DNA from: an uncultured Acidimicrobiia bacterium
Lineage (GTDB): Bacteria; Actinomycetota; Acidimicrobiia; Acidimicrobiales; CAZWPY01
DNA length: 23,490 bases
Reading direction: 5' to 3'
NCBI GenBank assembly: GCA_964635475.1
Contig: CAZWPY010000041.1
Coordinates: 1 to 23,490, forward strand
In this document: positions 16,966-23,490 of the stretch, piece after piece
Position numbering within the stretch: the first letter of the stretch is position 1
Layout: each line of letters starts with the position of its first letter
Made by a program: the position numbers and the translations under genes
Notes under the pieces: model-generated
What the model was told of the DNA's origin: nothing
Seen by the model: the letters and a program-made list of their open reading frames with translations, nothing else
Database searches by the model: none

Positions 16966-18513
16966 GTGACCGACTCAGGACCTGACACCTCCCCCACCCC
17001 TGACGCCTCCCCCACGCCGGGCGCCGACACGTCGACTGCCCCCGCCCTCGACCTTGCGAAATCGCGGCGTTGGCGCTCCGCGTGGCGGGTGCACTTCTAC
17101 GCGGGGATCTTTGCGATCCCGTTCATCGTCTTGATGGCCCTCACCGGCTTAGTGATCCTCTACACGCAGCCGATCGAAAAGGCGACCCAGCCCGACTTGC
17201 GCACGGTCAAGGTCACAGGCGAGGCCCGTCCCTACGACGAGCTCGCGCAAGCTGTCGCGACGGAGTACCCCGACGCCACGGTCACGGGTCTGCGGGTCCC
17301 GACCAAAGACTCTGAGTCGGTCCTGTTTACCGTCGCCGACGACCCCGACGACGAAGAGGCGGTGCCGCTCGACGTATTCGTCAACCAGTACAACGGCGAG
17401 GTGCTCGGGTCGTCTCGCGAAGGCAGCGGCATCGTCGGGCTGTCGAACCGACTGCACGGATTTCTCAATAACGACAAGGCATCGGTCTCGTTGCCGACCG
17501 TCTCGGCGCTGTGGGACCACGGCGCCGTCATGCGGCCCTACGTGATCGGCGACCTCATCCTCGAGGTACTCGGCGTCTGGACCCTCGTGCTCATCGCCAC
17601 CGGGCTTGTCTTGTGGTATCCCCGGCGCACAAAAGCGACGCAACGCCGAAAGTGGCTGTCGATGCGCTGGTCGAAAGGCGGCAGACCTCGCTGGCGCGAC
17701 GTCCACGCGATGTCGGGCCTCGGAATGTTCCTCGTGCTCGGGGTCACGATCATCTCGGGCCTTGGCTGGAGCACGTACTGGGGGTCCAACTTCACGGCAC
17801 TGGCCAACGAAATCTCGCCAAACTCGTGGACCGATGCTCCACCGAGCACGCTGGGGACACGCGGCGATCTCGACCGGTTGGGCAACAAGATCCCGTGGAA
17901 CACCGGCGATCGGCCGATCCCCGCGAGTTACGCGCCAGCAAGTGACGATGCCCCCGCGCCGCTCAGCCTCGACTCGGTCGTCGGCATCGGTCAGTCGGAG
18001 GGAATGAAGCCAGGCTTTTCCGTGATTTTCCCGGCCAACGCGGTCGACGAAGCCACGGGCGACATGACCTACGGCAGCTTCACCCTGTCGAACTCCTGGC
18101 CGCGCAAGACCAACGAGGGACGTGACTTGTTCCTCGATCAATTCAGCGGCCAGACGTTGGCCGAGCAAAACGGGTGGGGTTACGGGAGCGTCTCGTACGC
18201 AATGGATTCGCTCGTTTCGGCCCACATGGGTACGCAAATGGGAATCATCACTCGCGTCGCAATGACCGCACTGTGCCTGTTCGCCCTGACGTCGGCGTTT
18301 GCAGCATCCGCGATGTTCATCCGTCGAGCGCGCCGTTCCCACGTTGCGCCTCGCCGCGAACACGACGTTCGCCTTGACCGGCGGATGGGGATCGTCGCGA
18401 CGGGGATGGCCGTAGTGTTCCCCGTGTGGGCACTGACCGCCGGCGCCATACTCGCCGTCGACCGGTTCATCATCCGCCGCACGCGATTGCGATTCGCCTT
18501 CGGGGAGCGCTGA
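16966..18513 (+). CDS. PepSY-associated TM helix (PepSY_TM) family membrane protein
   Basis: Hallmark N-terminal TM motif RSAWRVHFYAGIFAIPFIVLMALTGLVILY, a large periplasmic domain, then 3 more TM helices (GDLILEVLGVWTLVLIATGLVLWY; GLGMFLVLGVTIISG; VAMTALCLFALTSAFAA). The ORF-track start 16324 overlaps the previous gene in another frame and is not credible. In-frame candidate starts are GTG 16966 and TTG 16903. Confidence 0.7.
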   Translation: MTDSGPDTSPTPDASPTPGADTSTAPALDLAKSRRWRSAWRVHFYAGIFAIPFIVLMALTGLVILYTQPIEKATQPDLRTVKVTGEARPYDELAQAVATEYPDATVTGLRVPTKDSESVLFTVADDPDDEEAVPLDVFVNQYNGEVLGSSREGSGIVGLSNRLHGFLNNDKASVSLPTVSALWDHGAVMRPYVIGDLILEVLGVWTLVLIATGLVLWYPRRTKATQRRKWLSMRWSKGGRPRWRDVHAMSGLGMFLVLGVTIISGLGWSTYWGSNFTALANEISPNSWTDAPPSTLGTRGDLDRLGNKIPWNTGDRPIPASYAPASDDAPAPLSLDSVVGIGQSEGMKPGFSVIFPANAVDEATGDMTYGSFTLSNSWPRKTNEGRDLFLDQFSGQTLAEQNGWGYGSVSYAMDSLVSAHMGTQMGIITRVAMTALCLFALTSAFAASAMFIRRARRSHVAPRREHDVRLDRRMGIVATGMAVVFPVWALTAGAILAVDRFIIRRTRLRFAFGER

Positions 18514-19028
18514 GACTGCCCGGCACGATCCGGCGCCCGCTCATCGCTGCGCGCCGCGCTGGGCCAGTTCGCGTCGCCGCTTCCGGCGCCGTCCTCGTCC
18601 TCGCTCTCGGCGTGGGCGCGTGTTCGAAGTCGGAAGCCAACGAGGTGCGACTGTCGAGCGGCTCGTGGCAAGTGCACCACACTGCCGGCGAGCTCGGGCT
18701 TGTCGGCACCCTCACGTCGAAACAGGCGGACCGGATCGTCGGGGTTGCCGTCGACCCTCCCCTGCGCGCTCGAATGGTCGGCGCAACAACTCGGGAAGCC
18801 GCTGGCCATCTCGGCCACCTCGACGGCGATGGCGCACACAAAGACCCGACCACGAAGGGGATCGTGCTCGACGCGGGCGACAACGCGATGACCAATCACG
18901 GTCCCCACGTGGAGGTGAGCGGGGTGAGTGAGTTGGCGCCCTCAACGATCCGAGTGACGTTTACCTTGGAGTCAGGTGGCGAGGTCGAGGTGGTCGCGCC
19001 GGTCGGGCACACGGACCCGGGCAGCTAG
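18426..19028 (+). CDS. lipoprotein, PCuAC (DUF461) copper-chaperone-like
   Basis: Lipobox LALGVGACS. The mature part aligns with the PCuAC architecture (ADRIVGVAV ~ ADRLVAATS; IRVTFTLESGGEVEVVAPV ~ FPLTLTFEKAGKVEVTVPV). The only in-frame GTG/ATG/TTG before the signal peptide is GTG 18426, which overlaps the PepSY gene by 88 nt. The very long Arg-rich n-region contains RRPLI (Tat-like). Confidence 0.5.
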   Translation: MGTDRRRHTRRRPVHHPPHAIAIRLRGALRLPGTIRRPLIAARRAGPVRVAASGAVLVLALGVGACSKSEANEVRLSSGSWQVHHTAGELGLVGTLTSKQADRIVGVAVDPPLRARMVGATTREAAGHLGHLDGDGAHKDPTTKGIVLDAGDNAMTNHGPHVEVSGVSELAPSTIRVTFTLESGGEVEVVAPVGHTDPGS

Positions 19029-19035
19029 CAGAGCC

Positions 19036-19057
19036 GACCCGTTCGAATCGACGGGTC
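19036..19057. terminator. candidate bidirectional intrinsic terminator hairpin between convergent genes
   Basis: GACCCGT-tcgaatcg-ACGGGTC: a perfect 7-bp stem and 8-nt loop, between the lipoprotein stop (19028) and the sigma-factor stop (19074). No U-tract, which is common in actinobacteria. Confidence 0.4.
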
Positions 19058-19073
19058 CGACGACGGCGCGTGC

Positions 19074-19622
19074 TCAGCCGGCTTCCCACGCACGATTCAC
19101 GTCCGCGAGCTGTGCGCGCGCTCGCGCCACTCGTGAGCGAACCGTTCCCACCGGACAGCCGAGCGCTTCAGCGGCCTCGACGTAGGACCAGCCCATGAGT
19201 CGCGTGAGCACGAAGGCCTCACGCTGCTCACGACCCAAGATGCTCAAGAGCTGGTCGTCGACATCGACCCACGAACTCTCGACCGACGCGGCCACGTTGC
19301 GCGGCAAACGTGCCGACGCGAAGGCCCGCAGCGTCCGCCGCGCCTTTCCCGTGCGTCGTAGTTCGTCGGCACACACGTGGCGAGCGATCCCCATCAACCA
19401 CGTGCGCACGGCGGAGTCACCGCGAAACGCTCCCGCGCCACGTACGGCTCGCAAGTAGGTCTCCTGCACGAGGTCTTCGGCCCCTTGCTCGGTGCCCAGA
19501 CGCGCGCAGAACCGCAACAACTCGTCGCTCGTTTCGCGCACCAACATCGCGAACGCGTGATCGTCGCCCTCGCTCGCTGCCGCGAGCAGGTCGCGAAGGG
19601 GGTCGGGTTGCACGGCCGACAT
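19074..19622 (-). CDS. ECF (sigma-70 family) RNA polymerase sigma factor
   Basis: Region 2 (DLVQETYLRAVRGAGAFRG) and region 4 (AFVLTRLMGWSYVEAAEALGCPVGTVRSRVARARAQL). ATG at 19620-19622 (MSAVQPDPLRDLL...) fits the family N-terminus. Alternative ATG at 19658. Confidence 0.8.
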   Translation of the reverse strand: MSAVQPDPLRDLLAAASEGDDHAFAMLVRETSDELLRFCARLGTEQGAEDLVQETYLRAVRGAGAFRGDSAVRTWLMGIARHVCADELRRTGKARRTLRAFASARLPRNVAASVESSWVDVDDQLLSILGREQREAFVLTRLMGWSYVEAAEALGCPVGTVRSRVARARAQLADVNRAWEAG

Positions 19623-19656
19623 GTTGCTCGATCGAGAGCACCCGTACAATTTCGCC

Positions 19657-20256
19657 ATGGAGCGCCACGACCGCGATCAGAAGCGGCGGCGGCTCGCGAC
19701 CACGCTCTCTCCGGTTTCTGACGACGTGCCGGGCACTACAGCCCGCTCCGACAACGACTTCGCTGCGGCGACCGGGGCCACCACCACTCCCCTCGACATT
19801 GACGACTTCACCCGTCGAGTCGTACAGCTCCGCAACCGCGCCGACCGCAACATTGTCGGCCGCGCGCTGCGGCTCACGCTGGGCGCGGTCGCATTGATCG
19901 TTTTCATCCGTGGTTTCAGCAAGGTGGTCGGTAGCGGTGCCGACCACCACGACGTGCATTCCACCCGCCACCTCGGCACCTTTATTGCCGCGTATGCAGT
20001 GGCCCTCGCGGCGGTCGTACACCGGCCGAGCCGGGCGCGATCGATCCTGCCCCTCGCGACGTTCGTCGCCTCAACGTTGTTGCTCACCGCCATTTTCGAC
20101 CTCCTCGAGGACCTCACGCCGTTGTCACGCGAGTTGCTCCACCTTCCGGAGATCGCGGGCGCCGTGCTCGTGTGGCTGATCGCTCGCCGCATAACGGGCA
20201 CAACAACACCCGCGCGCACTGGCCGCCACGAGCCAACCCTTCGCGCCGTCGAGTAA
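19657..20256 (+). CDS. hypothetical membrane protein (about 4 predicted TM helices), divergent from the ECF sigma gene
   Basis: ORF 19621..20256; hydrophobic helices LTLGAVALIVFIRGF, LGTFIAAYAVALAAVV, ILPLATFVASTLLLTAIFDLL, IAGAVLVWLIARRI. I recognise no family. Start uncertain (ATG 19657 chosen; 19621 possible). Confidence 0.4.
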   Translation: MERHDRDQKRRRLATTLSPVSDDVPGTTARSDNDFAAATGATTTPLDIDDFTRRVVQLRNRADRNIVGRALRLTLGAVALIVFIRGFSKVVGSGADHHDVHSTRHLGTFIAAYAVALAAVVHRPSRARSILPLATFVASTLLLTAIFDLLEDLTPLSRELLHLPEIAGAVLVWLIARRITGTTTPARTGRHEPTLRAVE

Positions 20257-20441
20257 CCCCCGGCGAGGACGACGGCCGCGCCCGCGCCGGCCACGTGCTT
20301 CGGCCGAATCGCGGCGCCAACACTCCCACGCCGAACGCGACGCGGGCGACGGCGGCGTTTGACACGGGGGAACCCTCCTGCGACGTTGACGTCGTGGGTG
20401 CCGACACCGAAGAGACGGTTCGTTCGCGGCGGCGGGGATTC

Positions 20442-21602
20442 ATGTTGCGTGGTGGCGAACTCTGGCGCGATCCCTGGGACGACTACCGGTGGTTGCGCGA
20501 CAACGAGCCCGTCCACCGCGGCGTCGATCCGCACTTCGGCGAATACGTGGTTTTGTCACGATTCGAACACGTCTTTGACGCCGTCCGGGACACCACCACG
20601 TACTCGTCCGCGCTCGGCCTGACCCTGGACCCAGAGGTCATGCAGATGTTCGACGGGCGCGCAGCACCGATCGTGATGATGGACCCGCCCGACCACACGG
20701 CGATGCGACGGCTCGTCGCGGCGCCCATGACACCGAGCCGAGTCGCCGCGTTTGAGCAAGACGTGACCGCGTTTGTCGACAACTGCCTCGACAAAGTGGA
20801 CGCAACCGACGACCTCGACATCATCGAGATCCTGCTGAAACCGTTACCCAGCTTCGTCGTGGCGCACTACCTCGGGGTGCCAACCAACGACCGCGCACAG
20901 TTCGACCGTTGGACCGACGCAATCGTGGCGGCCAACGCGGCTAGCGAGTTCGCCTCCGCGACAGCGGCGTTTTCGTCGATGTTCGGTTATGCCCAGGACC
21001 TCATCGCTCGCCGCCGGGCCGAACCCGGCGAGGACCTCGTCTCGCAGCTCGTCACCGACGGCAGTGTCGACGACCAGTGGATCGTCGGCTTCGTCTTCAC
21101 GATGGTCACCGGCGGCAACGACACCACAACCGGACTGCTCGGCGGTGCGCTCGAACTCATCAACGCCAATCCGGCGCAGCGGCAGATACTGCTCGAACGA
21201 CCCGCCGCGATCCGGCCCGCCGTCGATGAGTTCCTGCGTCTCACAACACCCGTGCAAAACCTCGCTCGCACGGCCAACCGCGACGTTGTCGTTGCTGGCG
21301 AGCCGATCACCAAGGGGCAGAAGGTGATGTTGTTGTACGCCTCGGCCAATCGCGACGAGCGTGAGTTCGGGCCAACAGCAAGCCAGCTCGATGTAACCCG
21401 TCGGCCGCAACGCACCGTTGCATTCGCATACGGCGCCCATCACTGTCTCGGCGCGGCGGTCGCTCGCCTGGCGGCGGGGGTCGCCCTGGAACGGCTACTC
21501 GCACGATTCCCGAACTACACCGTCGACTCAGCCCGCGGCCGTTTTGCCCCCGGCGCATTTGTCCGCCGTTACGAGTCGCTTCCCTTTGCCGCTCGCGGCT
21601 AG
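20442..21602 (+). CDS. cytochrome P450
   Basis: Heme loop FAYGAHHCLGAAVA, ExxR (EFLRLTTP), I-helix TGGNDTTT. The long ORF 20172..21602 is trimmed to ATG 20442 (MLRGGELWRDPW...), which has GGGGA 7 nt upstream. The upstream part of the ORF is Arg/Pro-rich and not coding-like. Confidence 0.8.
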   Translation: MLRGGELWRDPWDDYRWLRDNEPVHRGVDPHFGEYVVLSRFEHVFDAVRDTTTYSSALGLTLDPEVMQMFDGRAAPIVMMDPPDHTAMRRLVAAPMTPSRVAAFEQDVTAFVDNCLDKVDATDDLDIIEILLKPLPSFVVAHYLGVPTNDRAQFDRWTDAIVAANAASEFASATAAFSSMFGYAQDLIARRRAEPGEDLVSQLVTDGSVDDQWIVGFVFTMVTGGNDTTTGLLGGALELINANPAQRQILLERPAAIRPAVDEFLRLTTPVQNLARTANRDVVVAGEPITKGQKVMLLYASANRDEREFGPTASQLDVTRRPQRTVAFAYGAHHCLGAAVARLAAGVALERLLARFPNYTVDSARGRFAPGAFVRRYESLPFAARG

Positions 21603-21639
21603 CGCGCTCTGTCGGCGCGGCCATCGCGGCCGTCGCGGT

Positions 21640-22611
21640 TCAGCCCTTGGCGATGGCCTTGATCCGGGCGAGCACCCGATCATCGAGCTTCGCCAGCACG
21701 TCCAAAGCGCCCATGTTTTCCGCCACTTGCGCGGGGTTGCTCGCTCCTGTGATCACCGTCGAGACGTTCGGGTTCGAGGCACACCACGCGATCGCCAGCT
21801 GCGACAGCGTGCAGTCGAGCTCGGCGGCAACTGCGGCGAGCTCACGCACCTTCGCGTTGCGCACCGGATCGGTCAGCAGATCACGCAGCCACTCGTAGCC
21901 CGGCAAGGTCGCCCGACTGCCCTCGGGAACGCCGTCGACGTATTTACCCGAGAGCAGCCCCGACGCGAGCGGGCTCCACGTCGTGAGCCCGAGCCCGATG
22001 TCGTCGTAGAGCCGGGCGTATTCGCGCTGCACTTTCTCGCGTTCGAAGAGGTGGTACTGCGGCTGCTCCATCACCGGCTTGTGCAGATGGTGGCGCTCGG
22101 CAATGTCCCACGCGGCGCGGATGTCGGCCGCAGACCATTCCGACGTGCCCCAATACAGTGCCTTGCCCGACGAGATGATGTCCGACATCGCCCAGACCGT
22201 TTCTTCGATCGGCGTGTTCGGGTCGGGCCGATGGCAAAAGATCAGGTCGAGAAAGTCGAGCCCGAAGCGCTCCAGCGAGCCGTCGATCGCCTGCATCAGG
22301 TACTTACGATTCAGCGTGTGGGTCATGTTCCGGGCGCCGCTGAGTCCCCAGTAGAACTTCGATGACACCACAAACTCGTTACGCGGATACCCCAGCTCGG
22401 CCAGCGCCGCGCCCATGATCCGCTCCGACTCCCCGCCGGCGTAGGCCTCCGCGTTGTCGAAAAAGTTCACTCCCGCGTCCCAAGCCGCCGCGATGCAGTC
22501 ACGCGCACGGCCCGTGTCCATCTGCGTCCCGAAGCTCACCCACGAGCCGAACGACAACACACTGACTTGCAGGCCGCTGCGGCCCAATCGCCTGTACTGC
22601 ATCTGCGTCAT
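21640..22611 (-). CDS. aldo/keto reductase, Kv-beta-subunit-like (AKR) family
   Basis: N-terminus [25 protein letters not shown]... is the typical Kv-beta/Tas-type AKR start. Catalytic D, Y, K and H residues are in context. 323 aa. Confidence 0.85.
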   Translation of the reverse strand: MTQMQYRRLGRSGLQVSVLSFGSWVSFGTQMDTGRARDCIAAAWDAGVNFFDNAEAYAGGESERIMGAALAELGYPRNEFVVSSKFYWGLSGARNMTHTLNRKYLMQAIDGSLERFGLDFLDLIFCHRPDPNTPIEETVWAMSDIISSGKALYWGTSEWSAADIRAAWDIAERHHLHKPVMEQPQYHLFEREKVQREYARLYDDIGLGLTTWSPLASGLLSGKYVDGVPEGSRATLPGYEWLRDLLTDPVRNAKVRELAAVAAELDCTLSQLAIAWCASNPNVSTVITGASNPAQVAENMGALDVLAKLDDRVLARIKAIAKG

Positions 22612-22731
22612 GCGTGAACCCTAATGGGACCGACCCGTTCCTCCTCCACGCGATCCGGGCGCGGACACCTCTGACTTTCCTATGTTTTCCTACTGTTTTT
22701 CTTCTGGGTTTCTTCGTTAATCCCTTGATAC

Positions 22732-22747
22732 TCGAACATATGTTCGA
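22732..22747. promoter_or_regulatory. LexA-binding SOS box (Cheo box) TCGAACATATGTTCGA, a perfect palindrome
   Basis: Direct reading. It matches the Gram-positive/mycobacterial consensus TCGAAC-N4-GTTCGA exactly. It lies in a low-GC, pyrimidine-rich tract (22660-22730) just upstream of the DUF222 gene and overlaps a TATGTT -10-like hexamer. Confidence 0.65.
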
Positions 22748-22759
22748 TCCGATGGCGAC

Positions 22760-23490
22760 ATGGCAGTGAGGCCTGATCCGGTAGTGGAGCAAACGCTCGA
22801 TCGTGTCGGGGTCCTGTGCGCGCAACGCCATGCGCTCGATATCGAGCTGTGTGCGAGAAGCTCGCGGTGCTTGCCGACGCTGGTAACCCGCAAGCTGCTG
22901 GATTTCGTAGCGTTGCTCAGTGGCTGAGCCTGGCAGGCGGACTCTCGCCGGCTGAAGCCAAGCGGTATGTACGCGTGTCGCGTGAGCTGTCTGGTTTAGG
23001 CGACCTTGTCTGCGACGCCCGCGAGGGACGTGTGGGAATCGTTGCGCTCGACTCTGTCGCGAAGGTGATCACCACCGACAACGCCGACAAGCTCACCTGT
23101 CTCACGCGGACTTTGGGTGTGGCTGGCTTGGCTAAGGCACTGGGTCTGTATCGCCGTTATCGCGAGACACCGGTCTATCTGGAGAACGAACTCTCTTCTT
23201 GGAGTGGGCATCGTCGGCTTGCCAGAGATGCTGGCAAATGCGGTGTCGATGAACGCGGTTGGTATCACCTACGAGCTCGTCTACGGGGAGCTACTGGTGA
23301 ACTACTGCGTGGAGCTCTTGTGCGTTGTCGTGAGGGAGCCACTGATCTCGACGACGCAGTGAGTCACTTGGCAAGTGCATCACTTGAGCACAACGGTGCC
23401 GGTGTTTCACAGGTACTCATCCACGCGGAGCTAAACTGTCGCCCGCCAGTGGCATGGGACCACCTTGAGGTGTGTTGCGCCAGTGTGATG
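22760..23490 (+). pseudogene. DUF222 / 13E12-repeat-family (HNH endonuclease N-terminal domain)-like gene, apparently frameshifted, 3' end beyond the window
   Basis: Frame 1 is open from about 22777 to the window end with no stop, so it is absent from the ORF track. It encodes ...AVCEKLAVLADAGNPQAAGFRSVAQWLSLAGGLSPAEAKRYVRVSRELSGLGDLVCDAREGRVGIVALDSVAKVITT..., matching the DUF222 core (..RSTAaWLa..Ls..eA.rrVr.AraL..). An ATG-initiated 55-codon ORF in frame 2 (22760-22927, MAVRPDPVVEQTLDRVGVLCAQRHALDIEL...) looks like the displaced N-terminus; the frames switch near 22853-22856. Alternatively it is intact, starting at GTG 22816 in frame 1. Confidence 0.5.

Noticed and set aside
17149-18363. 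404-aa minus-strand ORF inside the PepSY gene
   Set aside because: Antisense to a CDS with clear PepSY_TM architecture and has no recognisable domain.
19677-20534. 285-aa minus-strand ORF overlapping the hypothetical membrane protein and the P450 leader
   Set aside because: Arg/Ala/Val low-complexity translation with RRRRPRR runs and no domain. The + strand frames carry a membrane protein and the P450 N-terminus.
21418-22365. 315-aa + strand ORF antisense to the aldo-keto reductase
   Set aside because: Antisense to a high-confidence AKR CDS; Arg-rich shadow ORF.
22739-22750. GTTCGATCC, a tRNA T-loop-like motif suggesting a possible tRNA gene at the island boundary
   Set aside because: No complementary T-stem, acceptor stem or anticodon arm can be folded around it. 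The motif is simply the right half of the SOS-box palindrome.
22499-23362. Small ORFs 22499..22831 (-), 22917..23105 (-), 22996..23268 (-), 23117..23362 (+)
   Set aside because: They overlap the AKR start/promoter/SOS-box region and the frame-1 DUF222 reading frame, which has recognisable family similarity. They are most likely artefacts.

Overview
This is a high-GC (about 65-70%) actinobacterial-type chromosomal segment. The LppX/LprG-like lipoproteins, a Gram-positive/mycobacterial-type SOS box (TCGAAC-N4-GTTCGA) and a REP13E12/DUF222-like gene point to a Mycobacterium/Nocardia-like organism. The window is gene-dense, and I found no rRNA, tRNA or CRISPR. In order along the window: (1) a + strand fatty-acid-hydroxylase/sterol-desaturase-family gene, convergent with (2) a six-gene minus-strand operon whose genes overlap by 4 nt. 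That operon encodes an amidohydrolase, an SDR, a ThuA-like protein, a cytochrome P450 and two amidohydrolase-2 (ACMSD/LigW-family) paralogs. (3) A roughly 480-bp divergent control region with two palindromic operator-like sites. (4) A DrrA/DrrB-like ABC efflux pair plus a VOC (glyoxalase/bleomycin-resistance) gene. (5) A minus-strand flotillin (SPFH) gene tightly followed by an ABC-F ATPase. (6) A + strand cluster of three tandem, translationally coupled LppX/LprAFG-like lipoprotein paralogs, a PepSY-TM membrane protein and an overlapping PCuAC(DUF461)-like lipoprotein. (7) An ECF sigma factor and a divergent small membrane protein. (8) A second P450 convergent with a Kv-beta-type aldo-keto reductase. 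(9) At the 3' end, a lower-GC, pyrimidine-rich tract carrying a perfect LexA/SOS box upstream of an apparently frameshifted DUF222 (13E12-family HNH endonuclease-like) gene that runs off the window. Many long ORFs in the six-frame track are antisense artefacts of the high GC content. The ORF track treats GTG/TTG as starts. Coordinates I derived by hand may be off by 1 nt.
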